Source of the DNA: Candidatus Micrarchaeota archaeon
GTDB taxonomy: Archaea > Micrarchaeota > Micrarchaeia > Norongarragalinales > UBA8480
Direction of reading: 5' to 3'
Assembly: GCA_021812145.1 (NCBI GenBank)
Contig: JAKAOM010000003.1
Coordinates: 11,737-75,736, forward strand
DNA: 64,000 bases
Positions 19,752 through 28,981 of the stretch are shown piece by piece. Positions within the stretch are counted from its first letter, which is position 1; every line of letters starts with the position of its first letter. The notes under the pieces are model-generated. The model did no database searches. It saw nothing but the letters and a program-made list of their open reading frames with translations, and was not told where the DNA came from. The position numbers and the translations under genes were made by a program.

Positions 19752-20654
19752 CTAACCTGTTTCGTTTCCGGTGTTGTTTTCACTGACTGACTCGTTTGCT
19801 GTGGCGTTCAAGCCGCTGTTTGTTTGGTTTGCGGTTTCGTTTTCCTGCACTGAGCTGTTTTCCTGAGCCGAGACGTTTTCGGGTTGGTGGGTTTCAGCTT
19901 CCATGTTCCAATGCATTGGAGGTTCATGATTAACAACTCTAATCATGTCGTCTCTGAAATTTGAAAGCATATCCCTGAACCTGAACATTAATCTAGCTGC
20001 CTCGCTCACGTATTCTCCAGGCCCATTGCCCGAGGTTACAGTAGAGTTTGTTTCGTTCAACTGCAACTGAATCTGGGTGAACTCGCTTTGCAGCGCGGTC
20101 ACGTTCATTCCGTCTGATTTCATTTGGCTTAGAATGGTTTGTATTCTGTCCATCAAGCCACCCGCAACTTCAACAGTGTCTCTTATCTTGTTTTGCTCGT
20201 AGGTTAAAACCTCGTTGTTCACAGAGTCTCTTATGTCTGAAAACTCGTGGTACATCTGGTTTGTGTAGTTCCTTATTTCGGTAAGGTTTCCGTTCTGTAT
20301 TGAATTGTTAAGGTTTTGCTCTATCTGCATTATGTTTGAAATTGACTCGTTCAAACCGGTTGTTGGAATTCCCTCCTTTTCAAGTCTTGCTTCTATACTC
20401 TGAAGCTTTTCCAAAGCGTTTTGAAGCCCGTTATTTACCATATTGGACATTCTTTCACGCTCCTGACTTGTTAGATTAAACCTATCCATTTCTGAATTCA
20501 TCATTGTTCCATTCGTCAGGTTTGAGGTAAAGTTGGTATTATTCCTATAACTTATCAGCATTCCTTGATTCATGCCGCTTCCCATGCTAGTCGGAAACGC
20601 GGTTACCGCGCCGATAGGCAGGATGAAAAGCAGGGCAAGTAAAATTTTGTTCAT
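19752..20654 (-). CDS. Secreted Asn-rich, probably coiled-coil protein
   Basis: Signal peptide MNKILLALLFILPIGAVTA followed by N/Q/E-rich helical segments with many sequons. Confidence 0.55.
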   Translation of the reverse strand: MNKILLALLFILPIGAVTAFPTSMGSGMNQGMLISYRNNTNFTSNLTNGTMMNSEMDRFNLTSQERERMSNMVNNGLQNALEKLQSIEARLEKEGIPTTGLNESISNIMQIEQNLNNSIQNGNLTEIRNYTNQMYHEFSDIRDSVNNEVLTYEQNKIRDTVEVAGGLMDRIQTILSQMKSDGMNVTALQSEFTQIQLQLNETNSTVTSGNGPGEYVSEAARLMFRFRDMLSNFRDDMIRVVNHEPPMHWNMEAETHQPENVSAQENSSVQENETANQTNSGLNATANESVSENNTGNETG

Positions 20655-20917
20655 TTTTTATCACCTTTTTTCTTAGAAAGTGTTGATTTTCAAAATTTCA
20701 AAAAACAAAAACTTTGAAAAAAAACATTTTCTTCATTTTTGAATGTTGTTTGAGTTTTTTGTTCTTTATAAATATTCTTAAAAGAAAGCTTTAACCGAAC
20801 CTTTTCAATGCTTTGTTTTAACTTTTTAAACTTTAGAAATATTTTTCTGCCTTTTTTATGGCTTAGATGCCCTCCGATTTTTAAAAAAAGCGTTTTAAAC
20901 CCTGTTTTTTGAATTTT

Positions 20918-21898
20918 TTACTTTCTCGTCATTTCGACCCGATATTTCTGTATTTCTAGCTTTTTTATGACACTGCTTATTCTTTTCATGTTTTTTATAG
21001 TTAGGACATAGTAAGTATTTTTACTTGGATCGTATCCTTTTTTGTAGTAATTATTTATTCCAACGTTGTATGCTTTAAGCGCTTCTTTCAACTGCCACCA
21101 TTCCGGCTGCCTGTTGAAGAAGGCTCTCCTTTCCTTCATTTCCTTTGCTATTTGAGGGGTGTTTTTGTACAAGTTTTTCTTAATCCAGTTGATGTACGTC
21201 AATCCCGCCTTCATGTTCAAAATAGGGTTTGTTTCGTACTCCCTGACTGGCAGTGACTCAATTAAACCCTCATTTATCATGCCTTTTATTGTTTGGGTTT
21301 GAAGTCCCATCAGACCGAAAGCCGAAGCGCTGCTTTCAGCTTTTGGATTGTACGAGCTTTCTGTTTGTATTATTGCATGTATCAAAAGAGGTGGAATGTT
21401 GTACTCGTGAGCAAGCTTTCTTACAATGCTTCTGTACGCTAGAAAGTTTCTTTCAAGAATTCTCTCGTTGATTTTATGCTGCATTTCCTCCAAACCTGGC
21501 TTAATTTTCACTTCAACTGCAGGATGTCTAAGCTCGTTGCCTGTTTCAATGCTGGCCACCACTTGAGGGTGTTTTAAATCAACAATAGGCGGTTTGACTT
21601 GTTTAATAATACTAATAGATTCAGTTTGGTTGACTTCAGGCTTTTTTACCATCTGTGTTTGAATTTTCGTTTCTTTAAGCGGCGGGTTAGACTGCTGTAC
21701 TCTTGCTGGCGTTGCAAGCGTGGCAAGCAAAAGCAAGGTTGAAATGAATTTTTTAGCTTTCCCTCCCGATGTTCTTTCCCTTCCCATTGTAAGAACCTGA
21801 TTTTTAGCCAAATAGTCTTGAACCGATGTTCTGGCAGTTTTAATCTCTTCAGGTTTTTTACTGAACCTTTCAACTTTTTGATTTTCGAACAATTCCAT
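20918..21898 (-). CDS. SLT-domain lytic transglycosylase-like protein, membrane-anchored
   Basis: LIHAIIQTESSYNPKAESSASAFGLMGLQ matches the SLT catalytic E-S..(GLMQ) block, and the TM helix is FISTLLLLATLATPA. The start may be the internal MGRERTSGG. Confidence 0.7.
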   Translation of the reverse strand: MELFENQKVERFSKKPEEIKTARTSVQDYLAKNQVLTMGRERTSGGKAKKFISTLLLLATLATPARVQQSNPPLKETKIQTQMVKKPEVNQTESISIIKQVKPPIVDLKHPQVVASIETGNELRHPAVEVKIKPGLEEMQHKINERILERNFLAYRSIVRKLAHEYNIPPLLIHAIIQTESSYNPKAESSASAFGLMGLQTQTIKGMINEGLIESLPVREYETNPILNMKAGLTYINWIKKNLYKNTPQIAKEMKERRAFFNRQPEWWQLKEALKAYNVGINNYYKKGYDPSKNTYYVLTIKNMKRISSVIKKLEIQKYRVEMTRK

Positions 21899-22020
21899 CT
21901 ATTTTTAAAGAACGTTTAATATTTTTTAATCCTTCTTTCAATGTTTTTTACGTTTTCTTTTTAAAAGGGTTTAAGAAACATTTAAAACTCTTAATGTTTT
22001 GAGTTTAAGCGGTAGTAAAA

Positions 22021-22653
22021 ATGAAAAACGAGAATTTTGATTTAATCCTGATCATACTATCCATTTTGCTTGTTTTCGCATTCTACTCGCTTCTTCCTGC
22101 AAGCATTGCCTTGCATTGGAATTACCTGAACGTTCCTGATTTTTACGCTGGAAAAATCTGGCTTTTTATTTTCCCTGTCTTGATGATAATAGCCTTCCTC
22201 GTCATGCGCAAGTTCCCGCATGTCAGAGACTTGAAAAAGGCCCATGAGTTTGTCAATCTTCACTACTCTGATTTCGTATCGCTTGTTATACTCTTTCTTT
22301 TATACGTCGAAGGAGTGCTTCTTCTAAGCAATCTCTACTTCTACCCCTTCAGCATTTCCGACTTTTTACTTCCGGCTTTTTCAGTTTTCTTCTACTGGAG
22401 CGGGAAGAACATGCCCTACCTTAAGAGAAATCACTGGATAGGGATTAGAACCCCCTGGACTGTGGCAAGTGACAGGGTTTGGAAGGATACGCATAATGAA
22501 GGGAAGAAGCTTTTCAAGATTTTAAGCCTTATATTCATGCTTTCACTTTTCATTTCAAACCCCGTTTACCAGTGGATTGTAGTTTTGACTTCTTTGCTGG
22601 TGGTTGGATTTGTCTTGATTTTATTTTCATTTTTTGACGCTAGCTCAAAATAG
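22021..22653 (+). CDS. SdpI/YhfL-family membrane protein (DUF1648 + SdpI)
   Basis: The motif HWIGIRTPWTVASDRVWKDTHNEGKKLF together with the TM layout is typical of the SdpI family. Confidence 0.7.
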   Translation: MKNENFDLILIILSILLVFAFYSLLPASIALHWNYLNVPDFYAGKIWLFIFPVLMIIAFLVMRKFPHVRDLKKAHEFVNLHYSDFVSLVILFLLYVEGVLLLSNLYFYPFSISDFLLPAFSVFFYWSGKNMPYLKRNHWIGIRTPWTVASDRVWKDTHNEGKKLFKILSLIFMLSLFISNPVYQWIVVLTSLLVVGFVLILFSFFDASSK

Positions 22654-22691
22654 GGAAGTATTGTTTTAAAATATAAAAAAAGGTGGTTTGG

Positions 22692-23048
22692 ATGGATTTT
22701 CAAGTTGTTACTTTGAACTATGTTCCCGGAAAGAAAATTGTTAAAAATTTCGGCTCTACTTTCGGAATAGTCGTCAGAAGCAGGGGGATTGGTGGAAACA
22801 TTGTAGCTGGTCTGAGAAGCCTTTTTGGAGGGGAGATCAAGGAATACAGTGAAATGCTTTCTGAAGCAAGGGAACATGCCATTCAAAGATTGGTGGAGAA
22901 TGCAAAGAACCTTGGCGCCAACGCGGTGGTTGACATGCGTTTCGACTCTTCTGATATAGGCAGAACAATGACTGAAGTGGTAGCGTACGGAACTGCAGTT
23001 CTGGTTGAGGATGATTCAAGCAAGCCACAAAATGTCTCGCTTAGATAA
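22692..23048 (+). CDS. YbjQ/UPF0145 family protein
   Basis: GGEIKEYSEMLSEAREHAIQRLVENAKNLGANAVVDMRFDSS...VVAYGTAV. An AGGTGG lies 7 nt upstream of the ATG at 22692. Confidence 0.8.
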   Translation: MDFQVVTLNYVPGKKIVKNFGSTFGIVVRSRGIGGNIVAGLRSLFGGEIKEYSEMLSEAREHAIQRLVENAKNLGANAVVDMRFDSSDIGRTMTEVVAYGTAVLVEDDSSKPQNVSLR

Positions 23049-23094
23049 TTGCTAAATACGTAAATTGCGGTCTAAACGTATTTGGGGTTAAAAA

Positions 23095-23622
23095 TTATTT
23101 TAGCAGTTTTTCTCTTTTTTTTATTTCTTCTTCAAACTCTCTTTCAAGTTTTGTTAGATACAGCTCGTGCATGTGCCTTGCTATCTGCTTGACCCACTTC
23201 CTGTCGAACCCTTCCCATTTTTCAATTGTTTTTTCCCTTAAATCAGGGTTTGTTGGCAGGGTCATTTTTTCTGTTTTTTCTATCCTATCTCCGAATATTT
23301 GTTTTATTGTCTCTTCTGTTTCTTCTAATGTTGGTTTTTGTTTTCCAGTCTTGCTTCTTATCTTCTTCATCATCCAAAGCGCTTCCTGCATTGTGGCTGG
23401 CTGTATTTTGTTTTCAGGCGTTTGTATGAATTTTATCATTTCTGGTTTTATTATGGTTGTTTTCGGCTTTTCTATTTTAGGGTTTTTTTCAAACGGCTTC
23501 ATTGAGTGAGGGTTTATTAGTCTAACTTTTTTTCTATCTTTTATCTTCCTGCCGTAAGCGTCGTAAAGCTCTGCTTTAGATTGTTGTTTCTCAACACGAT
23601 TGAATTGTATTACCTTTCCCAT
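23095..23622 (-). CDS. Lys/Glu-rich hypothetical protein
   Basis: 175-aa ORF with no recognisable motif. Confidence 0.45.
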   Translation of the reverse strand: MGKVIQFNRVEKQQSKAELYDAYGRKIKDRKKVRLINPHSMKPFEKNPKIEKPKTTIIKPEMIKFIQTPENKIQPATMQEALWMMKKIRSKTGKQKPTLEETEETIKQIFGDRIEKTEKMTLPTNPDLREKTIEKWEGFDRKWVKQIARHMHELYLTKLEREFEEEIKKREKLLK

Positions 23623-23728
23623 ATCTGTTTTTTTATTTCAGTTAATATTTTTAACTGTTTTCGCCTTTTACAGAAATATAGCAGACGTGCTGAAGGTGTG
23701 ATATCAGGGGCTTTTACCTTCAACCAGT

Positions 23729-24019
23729 CTAAAAATCGTCGTTTAAAAGGAAAACTCCTATGGCAGTGAAAACCACTCCAAGCCCTATGTCTATAAGCAT
23801 TCCTTCAACAAGCGCTGTGTTGGTAAGGTTTGCAACGTCTTGGGTTGCCTGAAGCTGGGCTTGCTGTGTTGTTGTTAGCGTGGTTGAAATGCTTTTAAGA
23901 GCGCTAATCTGGTAATTAAGATTGGCTGAAACTGTTAAATATTGATTCCCTTGATAAACGCCTACTGCCAAAATCATAACCCCAAAAAGAAGAGCAGCGA
24001 TTCCAATTGATTTCTTCAT
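23729..24019 (-). CDS. Small protein with N- and C-terminal TM helices
   Basis: MKKSIGIAALLFGVMILAVGV ... GLGVVFTAIGVFLL. Confidence 0.45.
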   Translation of the reverse strand: MKKSIGIAALLFGVMILAVGVYQGNQYLTVSANLNYQISALKSISTTLTTTQQAQLQATQDVANLTNTALVEGMLIDIGLGVVFTAIGVFLLNDDF

Positions 24020-24156
24020 TTATTCTACCACCTTTTTTTTGTCATTCAATTCTTTCATAATTATGCGGCTGTGGGACATAAGTCGTTCATTAACCCGCAT
24101 AACAACAAGTAATATTTAAACGGTTATTTAAAACTTGCCTTTTTTTTCACGCTGGC

Positions 24157-24190
24157 AACGCCGGCGGAGTGGGGTGCCAAGATTAATAAA
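24157..24190 (+). promoter_or_regulatory. Conserved motif copy a (AACGCCGGCGGAGTGGGGTG) plus TATA-like box ATTAATAAA, 24 nt upstream of the tnpB ATG
   Basis: Member of a 6-copy motif family (see findings). It follows a T7 run, and the motif-to-TATA offset is 25 bp. Confidence 0.5.
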
Positions 24191-24213
24191 CTCAAGTCAA
24201 CTTCAGTTAAATT

Positions 24214-25479
24214 ATGAAGGTTTATAAAACTTTAATTCAGAAGAACGCTCCTTCCAAAAGAGTGGAAGGTTTAATGAATTGTTTTAAAGAAATGGTGAAT
24301 TACAGCGTTAAAATTGCTTTAAACGAGAAGATAACTTCTAGGAATGCTTTGTCGAAAAGAGTTTATAAAAAGTTAAGCGGGAATTTTAAAGTTCCTAGCT
24401 ATTATTACGTGGAGAGCGTGAACAAAGCAATCGGAATAATCAAGAATTATAACAAGGTTTTGAGGAAAAGAGAAAACAAGAAGACTAGAGAAAAAAAAGA
24501 AGGATTTAAAAAAATTTTGTGGAAGGATTTAAGAAAACCTATTGTCAGAAAGCCTTTCCTCTCTTCTTACTTCGGCTTTAAAATCAAAAACAATCAATTA
24601 TTAATTCCTGTTGGCGTGAGGGATTTCGAAACGATTCCTTTGAATGATTATGTTCAATCTAAGCTTGAAGAAGAAGTTGAGGTGAGGAGTTTTACCATAA
24701 CGCCCAACAAGCTTTGTTTAACTATTGGCAAAACATTCAAACCAGTAGAGTGTTTAAACACTTTAGGTGTGGACAGAAACCTAAACAATGTTACAGTTGG
24801 AAATGAGAGTCACCACCTCGCTTTCGACTTGTCTTTAATTCCCAAAATAAAGAAAAGATATAGAAACAAACTGAAACACTTTCACAGAAACGATGTTAGG
24901 ATTAGAAGAAAGCTTTTCAGCAAGTATGGAAAAAGGGCATCCAATAGGGTAAAGCAGGTTTTGCATAAAACTTCGAAAATGATTGTTGAAAACGCTCTTC
25001 AAAGCAGGGAAGCTTTAGTTTTGGAGAATATTAAAGGTTTGAAAGATATTACTTTTAAAGGAGACGGCAAAAGCAAAAAGAAGAGGTTTTCTTTTCACAA
25101 CGCTTTCCCTTACTTTATGCTCGCCCAACAGTTAAAATACAAAGCTGAGTGGGATGGTTTGCAGATAATTCAGTTGTCAAGAAAGGAAACTAGAAACTCA
25201 AGCGTTCAGTGTTCGGTATGTGAGTGTGAAACTCGAATAGTTCCAGAACGGTTGGTTTTCTGCGAGAATTGCGGTTCTTTGTTTGATAGGGATGTGAATG
25301 CTTCGTTTAATATTGCGAAGCGGGGTCGGACAAGGCTGAAACGATCCTTCATTAATGAAAAAGGCTCTTCAGGTGAAGCGATGGTACTGGAACCCAATGA
25401 CCTTACAAAAGTAGGCGAGGCAGTCCAGCCAGTTGATGAGGAGAAGGAGTTTAAATCAAAAACATTAAACTGTTTTTGA
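24214..25479 (+). CDS. tnpB: TnpB-like (IS200/IS605 OrfB, RuvC + zinc ribbon) RNA-guided-nuclease-family protein; no tnpA present
   Basis: LGVDRNLNN (RuvC-I D), ALVLENIKGLK (RuvC-II E), CSVCECE..(11)..CENCG zinc ribbon and FDRDVNASFNIAKRG (RuvC-III D). Confidence 0.85.
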   Translation: MKVYKTLIQKNAPSKRVEGLMNCFKEMVNYSVKIALNEKITSRNALSKRVYKKLSGNFKVPSYYYVESVNKAIGIIKNYNKVLRKRENKKTREKKEGFKKILWKDLRKPIVRKPFLSSYFGFKIKNNQLLIPVGVRDFETIPLNDYVQSKLEEEVEVRSFTITPNKLCLTIGKTFKPVECLNTLGVDRNLNNVTVGNESHHLAFDLSLIPKIKKRYRNKLKHFHRNDVRIRRKLFSKYGKRASNRVKQVLHKTSKMIVENALQSREALVLENIKGLKDITFKGDGKSKKKRFSFHNAFPYFMLAQQLKYKAEWDGLQIIQLSRKETRNSSVQCSVCECETRIVPERLVFCENCGSLFDRDVNASFNIAKRGRTRLKRSFINEKGSSGEAMVLEPNDLTKVGEAVQPVDEEKEFKSKTLNCF

Positions 25480-25480
25480 C

Positions 25481-25810
25481 TTATTTACCAAAGCCATAAT
25501 CGTGCATTGGATTCTTCTTTCTCTTCATAAGCTCCTTCTGTATTTCCTTCAAATTGTCGTTTATGGCAAGGTTTGGCTCTCTGCTTGTTGTTTTTGCAAA
25601 AACCCTACCTCCTTTTTTAAGAGTCACTCCAGTCTCTATCTCGTAGTTTTCTTTCTTGCTGTGCAAGTTTACCTTAACGTGAACGTTTACGCTTTCGATT
25701 TCAATGCTTTTAACCTTTCCAATGGCGGCAGCTATTTTTTCTTTTATCGATTCAGAGTAGATAGTCCTGTCTCCAGTTATGTTTATTCTTTCAATCAAAT
25801 CAGAGTCCAT
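25481..25810 (-). CDS. HPF/RaiA (S30EA)-like ribosome-associated inhibitor homolog
   Basis: By eye the 109 aa align with bacterial HPF: INITG-----SIKEKIAAAIGKV, VNVHVKVNL, then LAINDNLKEIQKELMKRKK against AAIDGLIDKLARQLTKHKDK. Confidence 0.5.
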   Translation of the reverse strand: MDSDLIERINITGDRTIYSESIKEKIAAAIGKVKSIEIESVNVHVKVNLHSKKENYEIETGVTLKKGGRVFAKTTSREPNLAINDNLKEIQKELMKRKKNPMHDYGFGK

Positions 25811-25852
25811 AAATCATTTTTAAACACAATGATTTTTAAATGTTTTTAGTTT

Positions 25853-27145
25853 TCAAAGCGCAGGCAACAGGTTTATAATTATTATAACAAGAACGACTAG
25901 GCTTGCAAGCGATGTAAGCCTTGCCGCGGTCTTCTTTCCTTTCTTCTCCTTCAACTCCTCGTACATTAGCCTAGCCCCGTCAGTGATGTAAAGCGGGAGG
26001 ATGTTTATCACCGCTATAGAAATGCTTAACAGCACTATCCATTCAAGCGTTGTAGAAACACTGTTAATAAGCCACCCTGGAATGAAATAGAAACTTGCTA
26101 TAAAGTTAGCTCCCGATATGCCCAGAAAACCTTTTTGCATGAAAGTGGCGTTAAGGTTTTCTCCGTTAACCGTTACAGGAACAACCTCCCCTTTAACCGT
26201 TGCAGAGGTAAGGTTGGCGAGTTCTTGGATGTTTGTTATCTGCGTGTTGTTGAACGAAGTTATGACGTCGCCGCTTTTCAGAAAAAAGCTTGCAGTCGTG
26301 TTGGGCATAACCTGCTCAACCACCACTCCTTTTGATTGATTGTTGTAGAAAAGCATGAATGGTATTGTTATAATAGTGAAAACTACGAAAAGGTAGAAGT
26401 TTGCAGCGCTGCCTGCTATCAAAGCCCTTCTTTTGTTGTTGATTGTTGTTTGCGACAACTTTTTTTCGTCAGGCTCCACGAACGCGGCTATTGGAATGAA
26501 AGAAAGCAGAACAACCCCGCTGTTTTTTATTTTGATCTTTTCAATGGAGAACAAGAGAGCGTGAAACGCCTCGTGACTAACTATAATAAGTATTATCGCG
26601 ATTAAAGCCTCCCCTGGAATTGTAACGAAGGGAATTGCCAGAGTGGCTCCGGCTTGAGTGGAATGAGCGAAAAGTATTGCGTACGCGTTTGACCCCATCA
26701 AAGCAACCCCCATCAACGCCAAACCCCCTATCAATCCAGAAACAAGCACCAGAATTGAAGGGTTGTTCAATTCAAGAAGCGCTAAAAAAATAATGAAAAG
26801 AGTGGTGTAAACATAGAATTTTTTAGAATTTCCAAAAACATAGTAAGAATATGCCGGGCCGAAGCTTATGGCAAGGCCTAAATCAGTAAGTTTCTTGATT
26901 AATTTTTCATGCTTCAAAGCCAGCCTCTTGATTTTTTCCAACCCCTTCTCTGTCCTTTTGATATTTAAAAGCAGGTAATAATTTTCGGTGTTGAAGGCAA
27001 TGCTGAGAGTAACGCTGCAAGCCACCATAACAATAAGCACTAAAATGAGCTTTTCCAGAAAGTCAATCCTTGAAAAAGCAACGGCGAAAAAAATCAACAC
27101 TAACGCAACGAAAGCAACGAAACTCGCAGTTCTTTTAGAATTCAT
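25853..27145 (-). CDS. Site-2 protease-type (M50) membrane metalloprotease with PDZ-like insert
   Basis: HEAFHALL (HExxH) lies in a TM helix and NILPLYITDGARL matches NxxPxxxxDG. The protein is polytopic. Confidence 0.75.
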   Translation of the reverse strand: MNSKRTASFVAFVALVLIFFAVAFSRIDFLEKLILVLIVMVACSVTLSIAFNTENYYLLLNIKRTEKGLEKIKRLALKHEKLIKKLTDLGLAISFGPAYSYYVFGNSKKFYVYTTLFIIFLALLELNNPSILVLVSGLIGGLALMGVALMGSNAYAILFAHSTQAGATLAIPFVTIPGEALIAIILIIVSHEAFHALLFSIEKIKIKNSGVVLLSFIPIAAFVEPDEKKLSQTTINNKRRALIAGSAANFYLFVVFTIITIPFMLFYNNQSKGVVVEQVMPNTTASFFLKSGDVITSFNNTQITNIQELANLTSATVKGEVVPVTVNGENLNATFMQKGFLGISGANFIASFYFIPGWLINSVSTTLEWIVLLSISIAVINILPLYITDGARLMYEELKEKKGKKTAARLTSLASLVVLVIIIINLLPAL

Positions 27146-27296
27146 TTTTTTAACCTGCTCAACTCTTTATTGTATTTAACGAACAGACAATTTTTTAACC
27201 CTCTATGTTAAAAAACCTTTTTTGTCTGTTTTGGAAAAGGTTTTAAATACGCTCTTTTAAAGATTTTAATCATTCCAATTACAAAAGGTGCTGGCA

Positions 27297-27656
27297 ATGG
27301 ATTGCGAAGTTTGCGGAAAAAGAGAAGCGGTCGCGATAGCAATAGTGGACGGCGCTAGACTCAACGTTTGCGAAACCTGTCTTAAATTCGGAAGGCTTGA
27401 AAAAAAACTATTTGATGAAAACCCCGAGCGCGGTTTTGACTCTGGTCAAACGGAGCTTGTCCTGATAGATGGCTACGGTCGGGTTTTAAGCGCGGCCAGG
27501 CTAGGCAAAAAAATGACTGTTCAAGATTTGTGCAAAAAATTGAATATCAGCGAAAGGGATATTGAAAAATTCGAAAGCGAATCGCTTAAGCCTATTGAAA
27601 AGATAGCTCGAAAGCTTGAAAGAGAATTGAACGTGAAGATTCTCGTAGAGGAATGA
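27297..27656 (+). CDS. Archaeal MBF1-like protein (zinc ribbon + Cro/C1 HTH)
   Basis: MDCEVCGK...VCETC, then LSAARLGKKMTVQDLCKKLNISERDIEKFESE. Confidence 0.75.
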   Translation: MDCEVCGKREAVAIAIVDGARLNVCETCLKFGRLEKKLFDENPERGFDSGQTELVLIDGYGRVLSAARLGKKMTVQDLCKKLNISERDIEKFESESLKPIEKIARKLERELNVKILVEE

Positions 27657-27706
27657 ATAGTGCCGGGCATATATATTTTTAAATATTAACCTGTTATTTA
27701 TCTTCA

Positions 27707-28099
27707 ATGAATTTCAAAGGTCAAAGCGCTGTTGAATACCTTCTGCTTGCCGGCGGAGTGATTGTCTTCGTTGTTATAGCAGTAGTGTTGGTAAAAAACG
27801 TTGTCTTAACCCCCACTCAAAATGTTACTTCAAATCTTTCAAATCAAATAACAAATTATATTAACGCTTCAAACCAGACTGGCGTTTTTGCAATTCCCAC
27901 TTCAATTCAAAGCAGTAGCTACAGTTTTTCAAACATTGGCGGAGGAAGCGCTGGCGGTTTAAACGGGTCCGCATCTTCAGGAGTGGTCATGAACAGCACA
28001 AACTATGAGTTTACTAGCGCTTACATTACTTACCAACCTATTGGTTTAATAAAGAGCAGCGACTACGCTTTATGCGCTGGCCCTGCTTGCACTGGGTGA
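27707..28099 (+). CDS. Archaeal type IV pilin-like protein (class III signal peptide)
   Basis: MNFKG|QSAVEYLLLAGGVIVFVVIAVVLV, a KGQ cleavage motif with Glu at +5 and a hydrophobic helix. Confidence 0.65.
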   Translation: MNFKGQSAVEYLLLAGGVIVFVVIAVVLVKNVVLTPTQNVTSNLSNQITNYINASNQTGVFAIPTSIQSSSYSFSNIGGGSAGGLNGSASSGVVMNSTNYEFTSAYITYQPIGLIKSSDYALCAGPACTG

Positions 28100-28104
28100 T
28101 TTCA

Positions 28105-28926
28105 ATGGATTTTAAGAATTTTAAGGAAAGTTTCAAGCGCCTTGCGCTTTTGAGTGTTTTTATTTTATCGTTTATAGGCTTTGCAAGCGCTTCAATGCCT
28201 GCATTGATTGGTTTTCAGGGAACTTTAACAGACAAAAATGGCGTTGCGCTTAACGGCAGCGTTTCAATAACTTTCAATATCTACACTTCATCTTCTGGCG
28301 GAACTTCAATTTACAATGAAACCGACTCAGTAACAGCAAGTAACGGTTTGGTAAGTGTTTTAATCGGAGCCAACAATCCATTAACTTCTCTCTCCTTCAA
28401 CCAACCTTACTACCTTGGCGTTAATGTTAATAACGACGGTGAGATGGCCCCCAGGCTCGCCTTGAGCGACGCTCCTTACGCTTTCAACTCAATAACAGCT
28501 GTTAATTCGACTTATTCCAACAGTTCGGTAAACGCGAGCTACTCTTCAACCGCGAACAACTCTGCCTTTCTCGGTGGTGTTGCTGCTAGCAGTTATGTTC
28601 AGAGTGGTAGTAGTCCTTCTTTCAGCGGTTTGACTATAACCGGCAGCGCTTCAATCGGAGGTCACACGCCATGGACAAACGCAACCTGTTCCTGGACTAG
28701 CCTATCCACCTCACCTACTATTCCAGCTAATGGAGGATATGGCACGGCAACTGCTTCATGCAATTCTGGATTCACAGCAATAAGTGGCGAGTGCACTGCA
28801 GGCCTATCTGTAAATATGACTATAGCTGGATTTTATCCTAATTCAGGAGGGTGGTCGTGCTTTTTTTACAATCCCGCTTCTACAAGTGGAGTTGGCGCAG
28901 CTGAAGCTTTGTGCTGCCCAAGTTAA
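28105..28926 (+). CDS. Secreted protein with fibre-like N-terminal domain and Cys-rich C-terminus
   Basis: The internal ATG gives MDFKNFKESFKRLALLSVFILSFIGFASA, a signal peptide. The IGFQGTLTDKNGVALNGS...YYLGVNV...PRLALSDAPYAF pattern is seen in tail-fibre-like proteins. Confidence 0.55.
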   Translation: MDFKNFKESFKRLALLSVFILSFIGFASASMPALIGFQGTLTDKNGVALNGSVSITFNIYTSSSGGTSIYNETDSVTASNGLVSVLIGANNPLTSLSFNQPYYLGVNVNNDGEMAPRLALSDAPYAFNSITAVNSTYSNSSVNASYSSTANNSAFLGGVAASSYVQSGSSPSFSGLTITGSASIGGHTPWTNATCSWTSLSTSPTIPANGGYGTATASCNSGFTAISGECTAGLSVNMTIAGFYPNSGGWSCFFYNPASTSGVGAAEALCCPS

Positions 28927-28981
28927 TAAATAGTAGCTATTTTAATTGTTGTTGCTAACGTTGACATGCAATTTATATTTG

